Made by a program: the position numbers and the translations under genes. This document shows positions 8,470 through 17,649 of a stretch of 64,000 nucleotides of DNA, piece after piece. Location of the stretch: the IMG/VR virus record IMGVR_UViG_3300048893_000042, positions 1 through 64,000 of that record; one strand, 5' to 3'. The stretch is from a virus (lineage: Duplodnaviria; Caudoviricetes). A model generated the notes under the pieces. That model was given only the letters and a program-made list of their open reading frames with translations, searched no databases and was not told the DNA's origin. Every line of letters begins with the position of its first letter. Positions within the stretch are counted from its first letter, which is position 1.

Positions 8470-9960
8470 ATGACATACAGACCCAGGACTCAGCCTCGTG
8501 CACACCAGGTTGAGGCTCGCCGCAGGATAGCTGGGAAGCCCACCAGCCCATCTAGCGAGGACGTGTTTGCCCTGCTCATGGACATGGGGACCGGGAAGTC
8601 CAAGGTGATAGTGGATGAGTGGGGCGAACGGGTTGAGGCCCGTGACCTCAGTGACCTGCTGATCTGGGCACCCGCCGGATGCTACCGCAACTGGGACCTC
8701 ACCCGGTCACCTGACGAACCCAGCGAGTTCCTGAAGCACCTGGACCCAGCCATCCATGACCGCATGGTGTGCGTGCCCTGGGTGTCGGGTGGTGGGGTCC
8801 AGTGGAAGCGCCAGATGGATGCCATGCTGGCCTGCCGGGACCGACCCCGCGTGCTGGTCATGAACATCGAGGCCATGAGCTCCGTGAAGAAGGCACGCGA
8901 GGCCTGCGAGGAGTTCCTCCGGTCCAGCGTCCACGGGGCCATGGCTGCGGTAGATGAGTCACCCACAATCCGCAACCCCACCGCTGACAGGACCGTCGCG
9001 GTCCAGAAGCTGGGACACCTCGCCCGGGTGCGCCGGCTCCTCACTGGCCTCGTGGCCCCGCGCTCGCCCATGGACCTGTACAGCCAGTTCGAGTTCCTGG
9101 ACTGGCGCATCCTGGGATTCCGCTCCTTCTATGGGTTCCGCGCCCGCTATGCTGTACTCCAGCGCATGCAGTACGGTGGGCGGTCGTTCCTCGCTGAGGT
9201 GGCATACCGCAACATCCCAGAGCTGAACGAGAAGATCGCCCCATACAGCTACAGGGTGCTCCAGGAGGAGTGCCTGGACCTTGACCCCAAGGTCTACACC
9301 CGCCGCGACATCCCCCTGACCGATGAGCAGGCCCGCATCTACCGCGAGCTCCGTCAATATGCCACCTCCCAGATCAGCGAGTTATCCCACGTCACGGCCA
9401 CCTCGGTCATCACCCAGATGCTGAGGCTCCACCAGGTGCTCTGCGGCCACGTCACAGACGAAGAGGGTGTAGTCAGAGACATCCCCGAACGACGCACCGC
9501 CGGCCTGCTGAACGTGCTGGAGGACTACGCTGGCAAGGCGATCATCTGGGTGACCTATGAGCACACGCTCCTGAAGGTCGCTGCCGAGCTGGAGAAGGTC
9601 TATGGACCCGGCTCTGTCGCCCGGTTCTGGGGTGGAAACCGCAGCACCCGTGGCGAGGATGAGTCACGCTTCAAGACCGACCCCCGGTGCCGCTTCATGG
9701 TGGCCACTGAGGGAGCCGGGGGGCGCGGCAACACGTGGGTGGTGGCGAACCTGGTGGTGTACTACTCGAACACACCCGACTGGGAGCTGAGGGACCAGAG
9801 TGAGGCGAGGCCATACCGTGACGGGCAGACCGGCTCCGTCACATACGTGGACCTGGTGACCGCTGGCACCGTTGACGAGAAGTTCCTGCAGATCATCCGC
9901 AAGAAGATCAACATCAGCACTGCGATCAATGGCGACAACTACCGCGAGTGGCTGATCTAG
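8470..9960 (+). CDS. SNF2-family (SF2) helicase
   Basis: LMDMGTGKSK, VDESPTIRNP, LLTGLVAPRSPMDLYSQF, GGRGNT, QSEARPYRDGQ. Confidence 0.9.
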   Translation: MTYRPRTQPRAHQVEARRRIAGKPTSPSSEDVFALLMDMGTGKSKVIVDEWGERVEARDLSDLLIWAPAGCYRNWDLTRSPDEPSEFLKHLDPAIHDRMVCVPWVSGGGVQWKRQMDAMLACRDRPRVLVMNIEAMSSVKKAREACEEFLRSSVHGAMAAVDESPTIRNPTADRTVAVQKLGHLARVRRLLTGLVAPRSPMDLYSQFEFLDWRILGFRSFYGFRARYAVLQRMQYGGRSFLAEVAYRNIPELNEKIAPYSYRVLQEECLDLDPKVYTRRDIPLTDEQARIYRELRQYATSQISELSHVTATSVITQMLRLHQVLCGHVTDEEGVVRDIPERRTAGLLNVLEDYAGKAIIWVTYEHTLLKVAAELEKVYGPGSVARFWGGNRSTRGEDESRFKTDPRCRFMVATEGAGGRGNTWVVANLVVYYSNTPDWELRDQSEARPYRDGQTGSVTYVDLVTAGTVDEKFLQIIRKKINISTAINGDNYREWLI

Positions 9961-10640
9961 TGGGGTGCGGGTGCTGGCTGGGCATATATGACCTGAGGCG
10001 CTGACGTTCTGGTCAGCACCACCGTTCCAGCGGAGATCACTGAGACCAGCAGGCTGGCCGCCAGCGCGAACACATGCCAGCTGGTCCCGATCCCCTGACC
10101 ATGTCCTGTCGTCTGGCTGCGGGCCTGCTGGAGTGCCTTGACCTCGATCAGCAAGTTCTCCATCATCGGGTCTGCCACGCGCTGCTTCCCAACACCCTCA
10201 TAGCTGGATCGTTCTAGCGCAGCGATGCGCTCCACTATCTGCTTGACCGTGTCCGCCGTCCCCGCTGCTGTTGACAGTGCTGTGGTGTTAACCAGGTTTC
10301 GCAGCGTCTCAGCATCCCTGGCCGACGTGGCTGCCAAGGTCTGGATGGCCTCCAGGGCGCGAGATGCTTCTGTTCGAACCGCCGTGACATCCACCTGCCT
10401 GATAGAATCTAGACGAGCGGATTCCGCCGTCCGCATCTCCAGGGCATGTGCCCCATGCATCCGGGTTATCTCGGTGGCATGCTCCGCACGAATCTGGATG
10501 ATCTGAAGGACATATCCGAGGTTGTTTTCAAAGTATCGCCGGCTCTCATCACGCAGGTCATCCTGTCGCTTCGATGCAGCTTCACTCAGAGCCTTGACGT
10601 TCTCACTCGGGTCCGTCCAGGCTGGGAAAGGGGACGCCAT
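9957..10640 (-). CDS. coiled-coil protein with C-terminal transmembrane helix
   Basis: RBS GAGGAG before ATG 10640; C-terminal WHVFALAASLLVSVISAGTVV. Confidence 0.65.
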   Translation of the reverse strand: MASPFPAWTDPSENVKALSEAASKRQDDLRDESRRYFENNLGYVLQIIQIRAEHATEITRMHGAHALEMRTAESARLDSIRQVDVTAVRTEASRALEAIQTLAATSARDAETLRNLVNTTALSTAAGTADTVKQIVERIAALERSSYEGVGKQRVADPMMENLLIEVKALQQARSQTTGHGQGIGTSWHVFALAASLLVSVISAGTVVLTRTSAPQVIYAQPAPAPH

Positions 10641-10651
10641 AGAACTTCTCC

Positions 10652-11083
10652 TCAACAGCTCTGCCCCTGGATCCACTCTGGAACAACGCCTCCACCTTCC
10701 TTGTAGAAGCGTTCCCACCCCTCGAACGGCGGGACCTCCAGATTGTTCTTGCGCATGATCTCCTTGAGGATGTGTGAATACATGACCAGACCGCTGGTCA
10801 GATGTCTGTAGCGTGACTCCTGGGCATCTGAGTCACTGCGGTAGCGCTCGGCCAGCTCGCGCTCGCGCTGCAGGGCTGCGTCCAGGCGCTGCTCCAGCTC
10901 GGTGATGCGGCGCTGCATCTGTTCAACCAGCTGAGCCCGGGTCATGATCTCCTGGTCTGCCGCCCGAACCGACGCGGTGCGGCCCGCGCTGAGCCGGGTC
11001 GTCACGTATGTGACCAGGCCAGACAGCAGCACAGACAGCACCACCGCGATGATAGTCGGACCATGCTCTCCGGTCATGCCCAT
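10652..11083 (-). CDS. single-TM coiled-coil protein (holin/i-spanin-like candidate)
   Basis: IIAVVLSVLLSGLVTYVTT followed by a heptad-rich segment. Confidence 0.6.
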   Translation of the reverse strand: MGMTGEHGPTIIAVVLSVLLSGLVTYVTTRLSAGRTASVRAADQEIMTRAQLVEQMQRRITELEQRLDAALQRERELAERYRSDSDAQESRYRHLTSGLVMYSHILKEIMRKNNLEVPPFEGWERFYKEGGGVVPEWIQGQSC

Positions 11084-11084
11084 C

Positions 11085-11513
11085 TCAAAATTCTCCGGGT
11101 GCCCCTGGGCGTGGCAGGCCAAGCATCCCCCGGTGGATGATCCAGGCTGACGACAGTATCCCCATGGTGCACCATGGGTTCACTCCCGCAAACCAGTACC
11201 CCACCAGGCAGTTCTTCGTCAGGATGTAGAACCAGACCGTCATGCCCGCCGACGCGCCAACGATCCGAAAGTACCTCGATGCCTCAAAACCCCAGGCGTT
11301 CAGGAACAGGCCCACACTTGACGGAGCCCAGGACACCAGGAATGGCACGGATATGGCCCAGTCAGACAGGGGCACATCCTGGAGGGCAATGATGTGCGGC
11401 CTCCATGGGGAGAAGACCAGGATCACCCAGAACTGGAACGTGACCAGGGTCAGGAACGTCTCAAGGGCGCGGCCATGTCCCAGGAACCGCTCGATCCGAT
11501 GCCAGATAGACAA
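11085..11513 (-). CDS. multi-pass membrane protein (holin candidate)
   Basis: About four hydrophobic segments; TTG start after GGGAGAGG. Confidence 0.55.
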   Translation of the reverse strand: MSIWHRIERFLGHGRALETFLTLVTFQFWVILVFSPWRPHIIALQDVPLSDWAISVPFLVSWAPSSVGLFLNAWGFEASRYFRIVGASAGMTVWFYILTKNCLVGYWFAGVNPWCTMGILSSAWIIHRGMLGLPRPGAPGEF

Positions 11514-11556
11514 GAGCCTCTCCCATGGCCGGAGGAATGCCTGTTCCTCCGACCAC

Positions 11557-11605
11557 ACAACCCTACAGACCAGCCCCAGACCCTTGGCTCCTCCGTGGCC
11601 GGAGC
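11557..11605 (-). repeat. dispersed intergenic motif, copy 1
   Basis: Plus strand ACAACCCTACA-GACCAGC-CCCAGACCCT-TGGCTCC-TCCGTGGCC-GGAGC; matches 51298-51344 and 55965-56013. Confidence 0.7.
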
Positions 11606-11614
11606 CAGTCAGGT

Positions 11615-11953
11615 TCACCGCTTCCCGAGCGCACCCTTCATGATCTGCGCCTGCTGGCCCAGCCAGGCAGCACTTGACGGGTCGGCTCTCAGCCTGGCGA
11701 TGCCCGCTGCGGTGTTGCAACCGACTGTCACCCCCGCAGCGACATAGTTGCCCACCTTCGGGATCAAGCGGGTCATCCCCGCGAGGGGGAGGGCCTCGGC
11801 ACAGCCGGCATTCACCGCCGCGTCGATGCTGCTGATCCTACCCATCACCCCCGCCACCTGGGCATCAGTGGCTGGCGTCACGGGGTCGCTGCCTGTGCAT
11901 GCGGCCAGTGCAAGGGCAGAGGCCAGCGCGAGAGCACTTGAAGTTCGGTTCAT
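11615..11953 (-). CDS. lipoprotein (o-spanin-like candidate)
   Basis: Signal peptide with lipobox LAAC. Confidence 0.7.
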   Translation of the reverse strand: MNRTSSALALASALALAACTGSDPVTPATDAQVAGVMGRISSIDAAVNAGCAEALPLAGMTRLIPKVGNYVAAGVTVGCNTAAGIARLRADPSSAAWLGQQAQIMKGALGKR

Positions 11954-11990
11954 GACTTTTTCTACCTTTCAAGTTGATTACAAAGGTTCT

Positions 11991-12974
11991 TCAGAAGGTG
12001 ACCTTGATGCACCCATTGCCCCCCAGTGCAAAGGGTCCAGCACCACCACCTCCGCCACACTTGCCTCCCGTTCCCGCCCCACCAGCACCGCCGCTACCAT
12101 CAAATGTGGCGAAGCCACCGCCTCCACCGCCCGACCCATTCAGAGCATCAAACTCAGTGCCTGCTGCTCCAGCCCCACCATTGACGTCAGTCACCAGTCC
12201 AGTTTCACAGGCTCCACCGCCACCTGCACCGGGACTGGTTGCGCTGCCCCCATTGTTTAATGTACACCCTCCACCAGCACCACCGCCCGTGCCGCCCGGC
12301 CCATTCCCACCGCTTCCACCCGACACCCCGTCACTGCCGTTGGCACCCACGCTGCCGCCATTAGCACCGCCGCCGCCTCCACCTGTGGTAGTTCCACCGT
12401 TCGTGCCACCAGCCGCACCAACCCCCGATGGACCCCCAGCACCTCCGCCTCCTCCACCTGCACCTGGGGCAGGGCTTCCCGATCCAGCGCCGCCTGCCCC
12501 ACCAGCATTCTTGGTGGTGCCGACACTTGTCGAACCACTGCCGCCACCCTTGGCGCAGACCGAGGCCCCAGCACAGGTTGTGCCGTTGAACCAGGCGTCC
12601 CCTCCTGACCCAGCCGCGCCACTTCCACCCTTGCCATTCCTATATGTGTATGAGGTCCCAGCAACAACCGTGAGGTTGACAATGGCTGAGTAGGACCCAC
12701 CTGCCCCACCTGCACCTGTACCAGGAGCGATGTGGTCCCCGCTCGCGCCCGCGCCAATGGTCTCAACGTTCGTAAGGGTCGTGCACCCGGTGTTGTTCTT
12801 CCAGGTCAGGTTCGTTGAGCCGGTGCCCGTGAAGGGCAGCACCTGGGACCCGTGACCACAGGCCACAGACAGTGTGACCTTGCCTACACCCACAAGGGTG
12901 AGCTGCGCCCGTGCCTCAGCAGTGAGTGAGAAGAGCGCGAGCGCGAGTGCAATGCACCTCAGAACTGGGCCCAT
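11991..12974 (-). CDS. glycine-rich protein with Sec-type signal peptide
   Basis: LRCIALALALFSLTAEARA; GAGG-type repeats throughout. Confidence 0.75.
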   Translation of the reverse strand: MGPVLRCIALALALFSLTAEARAQLTLVGVGKVTLSVACGHGSQVLPFTGTGSTNLTWKNNTGCTTLTNVETIGAGASGDHIAPGTGAGGAGGSYSAIVNLTVVAGTSYTYRNGKGGSGAAGSGGDAWFNGTTCAGASVCAKGGGSGSTSVGTTKNAGGAGGAGSGSPAPGAGGGGGGAGGPSGVGAAGGTNGGTTTGGGGGGANGGSVGANGSDGVSGGSGGNGPGGTGGGAGGGCTLNNGGSATSPGAGGGGACETGLVTDVNGGAGAAGTEFDALNGSGGGGGGFATFDGSGGAGGAGTGGKCGGGGGAGPFALGGNGCIKVTF

Positions 12975-13759
12975 GTGATCACTCCCGACACCTGGACAGC
13001 CGCCGAGTAGAACAGACAGACATGGTTGGCATTCACGGTTGTCTTGGCGATTAGTCCTCGACCGTTCCCGTAAGCCAGACCCCCATTCGTCGGGAGTATC
13101 CAGCCCGTCGCCGCCGTCGCGCCACCAGCCAATCCAAGAGTGGACGTGTCGCAGGGGTTCGTGGTGGTTGTGCCCTCGACCAAGGCAAGGTTTTCACCCC
13201 CACCGACTGGTCCTATGTTGATCGCACATATGTAAATCTTCTGAGCGGTCACGCCAGTGATGATCTTCTGCGCCGTCGCTGACCCGGCATTGTTGATCGG
13301 CGTGGTGAACGTGTTGGCTGCGGTGGCACCGTTACACCCCGTGTCATCAATGATGTGACCAACAACTGCTGACCCAGCCACCAGACCAACCGTGCCACCG
13401 GTCTGCTGCATGGGTGTTCCAAGTGCCGTCAGGATTGACGTGGCCCTTTGGGCTATGCGCTGGAGCAGGGCATTGAGGCTGCAGGACCCGTTGTCAGTCG
13501 CACAAGCAGTCGCACCGGGTGGTCCGATGTCCGTGTTCGTGGTGCCAACCGTCGTGTCCAGGGCCAGCGCCGAGGTGTTCAAGTTGGTGCCAGCGTTGGC
13601 CGTGACACTGCCCCCGCTCGCCTGCATCGGAGTGCCGAGTGCAGCAGCAATGGCATTCAGCGCCGCAAGAACGTTGGTGTACCCCGTAGCACTCCAAGCA
13701 GCACCAGCAACAGACAGTACCAGGGCAGCCGCGAGAAGCAGGCGTCTCATTGTTTTCAT
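12959..13759 (-). CDS. Ala/Thr-rich protein with signal peptide
   Basis: MKTMRRLLLAAALVLSVAGAAWSA; internal repeat ALGTPMQ..GG.V; beta-rich C-terminal domain. Confidence 0.75.
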   Translation of the reverse strand: MKTMRRLLLAAALVLSVAGAAWSATGYTNVLAALNAIAAALGTPMQASGGSVTANAGTNLNTSALALDTTVGTTNTDIGPPGATACATDNGSCSLNALLQRIAQRATSILTALGTPMQQTGGTVGLVAGSAVVGHIIDDTGCNGATAANTFTTPINNAGSATAQKIITGVTAQKIYICAINIGPVGGGENLALVEGTTTTNPCDTSTLGLAGGATAATGWILPTNGGLAYGNGRGLIAKTTVNANHVCLFYSAAVQVSGVITWAQF

Positions 13760-13765
13760 GCCTCC

Positions 13766-14191
13766 TCAGAGCAGGATCAGGGTCAGGGTGCGGTCAGCTA
13801 CTTGGTTGACCGGGACGCTACTGGTGCCCGACCTCACCTTCATCTTGCTCACCCCCAGGAAGGTGGACGGGTCCACCCGGACGTACTGAGATGCTGACAC
13901 CGTCAGCAGAAGCTCATCCCCACCTCCGTCATAGAACTCCAGCCAGGTCACTCCGCCATCGACACTGACCTGAAAGGTGAGACCCGCTGTTGTCCAGGCA
14001 GCCGACATGCCGACGCCCACCAGGCTCTTGCTGCTCCCAAAGTCCACCGAGGCGGACAGCGAAGACCCACTCGCGATCAGCACGCTCTGTGACTGTGCAT
14101 CAGGAGTCATCTTGAGGGTGTGGACCCCCTCCACCTCATCGGTGGCGAGGCGCACACCCGGTGACCCCAGGTGGATGCTCGATGAGGTCAT
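13766..14191 (-). CDS. putative virion structural beta-sandwich protein
   Basis: IASGSSLSASVD..LVGVGMSAAWTTAGLTFQVSVDGG pattern seen in phage late regions. Confidence 0.6.
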   Translation of the reverse strand: MTSSSIHLGSPGVRLATDEVEGVHTLKMTPDAQSQSVLIASGSSLSASVDFGSSKSLVGVGMSAAWTTAGLTFQVSVDGGVTWLEFYDGGGDELLLTVSASQYVRVDPSTFLGVSKMKVRSGTSSVPVNQVADRTLTLILL

Positions 14192-14195
14192 GATT

Positions 14196-15077
14196 CTAAA
14201 CCCCCAGTGCTGCCTTGGTTGCGGGTCCAGCGATGCCATCCACCGTCAGCTGGTGGGCATCCTGGAATGCCTCGACTGCTGCCTCGGTCTGTGCGCCAAA
14301 CACCCCGTCAGCCGAGGTGCCGAGTGCGGCCTGGAGCCTCTTCACGTCATCCCCAGTCATCCCGACCCTCAGCACCCTCCCGGCCGCATGGACAGGCGGC
14401 AGTGGCTCTGCGCCCGGCTGCTCAGTGCTCGCGCTCGCGGCCAGCGGAGACGGTATAGCCCCTTCGCCTGCCGAAGCATAGTGGTAGAACGCCGTCGCCA
14501 GTTTCTGATCATACCCATTCGCCCGCTCGCCGGCCCCGTTGTAGCCCACTGCCAGGTCAACAAACCCCGGCGGGTCGGACCTCAGTGCCCTTAGGAGGCC
14601 TGCCGACCTGATGAAGCTGCCAAACCCCCTGAGGTGCGCGTCCTCACTGTCGGCATAGTCAGCCCACATCTCTGAGGCGCTGGAGTAGCCCAGCATCGCA
14701 AAGTTCATCCCCATCACCTGGTACCTGCCCAGGGAGGAGCTCTGGAGGGCCGCATCCGGGTCCAGGGTGTAGGCCTGGAGGAACCGGTCCCACTGGTGTG
14801 TGCCCCCGGCCCCGTACAGCGAGCGGTCCCAGACCGGCGAGCTGAGGTTGGGGTAGCTCTCATCAAACCGGCCCTGCGTCTTGAGGTGGAAGATGCGGGC
14901 CTCGTGCAGTATCTTCAGGCGTCCATCCCCCGGGATGAAGCCGCCACCCGCACTCTCGATGTCACTGAAGGCGTGTATGATCGCGGTCGTGCACTGGAGC
15001 AGTGCGGCCTCGCGGGTGATGTCTTCCGGCTGGAGCAGACGAGCTGCGCCCCGGAAGTCCTTCGGCAGTGTGGACAT
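14196..15077 (-). CDS. endolysin: N-acetylmuramidase (DUF3380 family) with C-terminal peptidoglycan-binding domain
   Basis: IESAGGGF, KILHEARIF, SLGRYQVMG.N, YNG; C-terminal LRVGMTGDDVKRLQAALG..DGVFGAQTEAAV..FQ. Confidence 0.9.
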   Translation of the reverse strand: MSTLPKDFRGAARLLQPEDITREAALLQCTTAIIHAFSDIESAGGGFIPGDGRLKILHEARIFHLKTQGRFDESYPNLSSPVWDRSLYGAGGTHQWDRFLQAYTLDPDAALQSSSLGRYQVMGMNFAMLGYSSASEMWADYADSEDAHLRGFGSFIRSAGLLRALRSDPPGFVDLAVGYNGAGERANGYDQKLATAFYHYASAGEGAIPSPLAASASTEQPGAEPLPPVHAAGRVLRVGMTGDDVKRLQAALGTSADGVFGAQTEAAVEAFQDAHQLTVDGIAGPATKAALGV

Positions 15078-15088
15078 GACTCAACTCC

Positions 15089-15499
15089 TCACATGATGAA
15101 CCACCCCGTGGGGTCAACGATGACGTTGTAGGCTGCCCCAGCCGGCGTGACCGGGAGGCCAACCACATCAGTGTCCTGGAACATGACCAGTCGCGACGTG
15201 GACGGGGTGCCACTGTCCACGAACAGGGCAAGGGCCTCAGCAGACACGCTGGTGAGCGGGTCGAACCGACCGTTGGCACTGTGGAAGGCCCCGTCGTCAC
15301 CGACTGACTTGCTGGTCAGGGCACCCGAGATTGCCAGCTGGGCTCCACTGGGGATGTCCGACAGGAACTCATGGGCTGCATCGTAGGTGTAGGTGCCTTC
15401 GTCGATCAGCACCACCTTGACGGAACCCGTCAGCAGGTTGACATTCGCCCCGCCACTCATGGAGGCCTTCTTGTACTTCGGATACACATGGTTGGCCAT
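15089..15499 (-). CDS. conserved tail-region structural protein
   Basis: MANHVYPKYK..., YTYDAAHEFLSDI, GLPVTP.G pattern. Confidence 0.7.
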   Translation of the reverse strand: MANHVYPKYKKASMSGGANVNLLTGSVKVVLIDEGTYTYDAAHEFLSDIPSGAQLAISGALTSKSVGDDGAFHSANGRFDPLTSVSAEALALFVDSGTPSTSRLVMFQDTDVVGLPVTPAGAAYNVIVDPTGWFIM

Positions 15500-15505
15500 T
15501 GCGAT

Positions 15506-15649
15506 CTATCCTGTGATGACGAAGACTGAGACGTTCGTCGCTGGGGTTGGGTTGGTTAGGTTGAAGTCCACTGCGTTGCCCGCCGGTGGGGTGTAGGACC
15601 CTGACGCGTTGAAGTCCACTGCGTTGCCCGCCGGTGGGGTGTACGTCAC
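15506..15649 (-). CDS. 47-aa protein with two YTPPAGNAVDFN repeats
   Basis: Manual translation MTYTPPAGNAVDFNASGSYTPPAGNAVDFNLTNPTPATNVSVFVITG; GTGA overlap; DNA direct repeat. Confidence 0.7.
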   Translation of the reverse strand: MTYTPPAGNAVDFNASGSYTPPAGNAVDFNLTNPTPATNVSVFVITG

Positions 15650-16566
15650 AGCGGCACCACGTTGTCAAACACCTGGGCGTTGTATGTGGTTCCATCGAGG
15701 GCCACCACTATGGTCTTCGCCCTGCCCAGGGCAGGCATGGTGAAGTTCCCTGACCCATCAGTCAACACCTCACCCACCTTCTCACCGCTCGCCCGGTCGA
15801 AGAGCAGCACCCGCCGCCCCGACACTGCAACCCCAGCTTCCTTCATGTTGCCTGCGATGTTCAGTGACCCAGACAGCGATCCATAGCCCCCCAACCATGG
15901 CGTCCTCTGGTTGGCAATCGACACAGGGTCCTGGCGAGCTGGGCCGTCATGGGTCGCACCACTGCCCGTTATCTCGGCTGCGATGCTGACCGCTGCGCTC
16001 GTGTCCACTGAGAGGTAGCCCGTGGGTGCCGTGTGCGCGAACCCAGAGGTGAACACTGCGGTGCCCGCACCCGTGGTCGTGGACGCGGCGAAGGCTGGCA
16101 GCAATGTCCCGAACGCCATGCCCGAGAAGTCAATGCCACCCACGTTGCCGACCGGGTTCTGGTTGGCGATCACGTCATTGTTCCAGTTGCCTCCGTTGAC
16201 CCTTCCCCAGAACAGCCGGGCCTGGGGGTTCACTGCCACCTCGACCACATCACCCTGGACATAGGTCGCGATGGTTGCCAGGGTGGCGTTGTTCTGCCTC
16301 ACCGTGCCATTGTTCAGCCATCCCAGGCTATTCGCGTCGTTGCCCACCAACAGGCTGTTCGCGTTGTTCCAGCTGCGGTTGGCGATGCCGATGGACATCG
16401 TTGAGGCAATGGTCGTTGCCGTGACCTGCCAATAGGACGGCCCACTGAGTGCCCGGGTCGCGAACACCCCCGGGTTGGTCCCGCTCGCGGCGGTCGCAAC
16501 CAGGTTGCTGCCTGACAGGGTTATGCCGGCAGCCTTGTTGTTTGGGTCCCAGGTGGTCGCCGCCAT
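15646..16566 (-). CDS. tail-associated protein with SPRY/ConA-like domain and C-terminal beta-sandwich
   Basis: TWDP..K..ITLSGSNL.AT, SYWQVT, IGIA, GDVVEVAV, LFWGRVNG; C-terminal RRVLLFDRASG...TDGSGNF. Confidence 0.7.
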   Translation of the reverse strand: MAATTWDPNNKAAGITLSGSNLVATAASGTNPGVFATRALSGPSYWQVTATTIASTMSIGIANRSWNNANSLLVGNDANSLGWLNNGTVRQNNATLATIATYVQGDVVEVAVNPQARLFWGRVNGGNWNNDVIANQNPVGNVGGIDFSGMAFGTLLPAFAASTTTGAGTAVFTSGFAHTAPTGYLSVDTSAAVSIAAEITGSGATHDGPARQDPVSIANQRTPWLGGYGSLSGSLNIAGNMKEAGVAVSGRRVLLFDRASGEKVGEVLTDGSGNFTMPALGRAKTIVVALDGTTYNAQVFDNVVPL

Positions 16567-16569
16567 GGA

Positions 16570-17649
16570 CTAGCTCCAGGTGTTCGAAGTCTCGATGTGT
16601 ATCTGACCTTGATCCTGGTTGTTCGTTGACGTGGCAACCGGGATGTTCTGGACCAGGAAGCTCTTGCCGCTCATGTTACCCGTTCCACTGTAGGTGTCGT
16701 TGTGGTTCAGCGGCCTGTCATGGAGTGGCGCCCAGAGGCCCTTCAGGTAGCCTCGGATGGCGTTGTTGTGGTGTATCCAGATCGGTGAGAGGTACAGGCC
16801 GCCATCCGGCCCATTGGGGTAGGGGAAGATGTTCGCTGACAGGGTGTTCCTGCCAATGCCGACCTGGTTGCCCGTCATCAGGGTCGTGCCCGACGTGCCC
16901 GTGCCTGCCCCACCTGTTCCGCCACCCATCTTAGCCTGGTCAATGTGCTTGCCCACGATCACAGAACCACCTGTGCCTGTCCAGGAGCGAGCCATGTAGT
17001 GACCGCCAATCGTGTTCGCCAGGAAGGTTGAGTTGCTGAGGGTCAGCAGGCCTCCCAGTGGGTTCGAGAACCCAAAGTTGTTGGTGATGTTCGCCGCGTT
17101 GTTGCCAATGATGATGCACCGGTAGGCGTCACTGGACTTGTACGAGAAGATGTCACCAAAGGCAAAGGCTAGGGCACAGGTCGGCGAGGTGACGTCACCT
17201 GTCTCAATGAACACATAGACCACCGTGTCATCTGCGATGATCGTCCAGGCCCTTGCGGTCGCATCCGCAGTGTTGGACTTGCGACAGACAAGTGCCCCCG
17301 CCGGGGCTGACCCAGTGAGGTTGATCTGACCCGATGTGGGGAACTGCCCGGTGCCAGTGCTGATGGCACTCATGGTCTCAAAGCCCACCACGAAGGCTTC
17401 CTTGGCAGTGTTCCCCGTGCCCGTGTCATCCACGTTGAGGTAGAAGCCCGTTCCATCAGTCGCCGAGTTGCGGTAGGCCTCCTTGTTGGTCGCGGTGAAC
17501 GCACTGGTCCATCCCGCACCTGCCGCCTGGGCACCCGCCCCATACCCCGCGACCAGCACCGCATGGAGCAGCGCAACCAGCGATCCAGCCTGCCCCGTGA
17601 GCACAGGGGCACTGGCGTCAGTCGAGCGGAAGACGATGGGTGCGGTCAT
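16570..17649 (-). CDS. tail/virion structural protein
   Basis: N-terminal VFRSTDASAPVLTGQAGSLVALL.AVLV.GYG typical of siphophage tail proteins. Confidence 0.7.
   Translation of the reverse strand: MTAPIVFRSTDASAPVLTGQAGSLVALLHAVLVAGYGAGAQAAGAGWTSAFTATNKEAYRNSATDGTGFYLNVDDTGTGNTAKEAFVVGFETMSAISTGTGQFPTSGQINLTGSAPAGALVCRKSNTADATARAWTIIADDTVVYVFIETGDVTSPTCALAFAFGDIFSYKSSDAYRCIIIGNNAANITNNFGFSNPLGGLLTLSNSTFLANTIGGHYMARSWTGTGGSVIVGKHIDQAKMGGGTGGAGTGTSGTTLMTGNQVGIGRNTLSANIFPYPNGPDGGLYLSPIWIHHNNAIRGYLKGLWAPLHDRPLNHNDTYSGTGNMSGKSFLVQNIPVATSTNNQDQGQIHIETSNTWS

Noticed and set aside
11974-12693. 239-aa extremely Pro-rich plus-strand ORF
   Set aside because: Antisense shadow of the Gly-rich gene (GGN codons read as CCN); lies against operon direction
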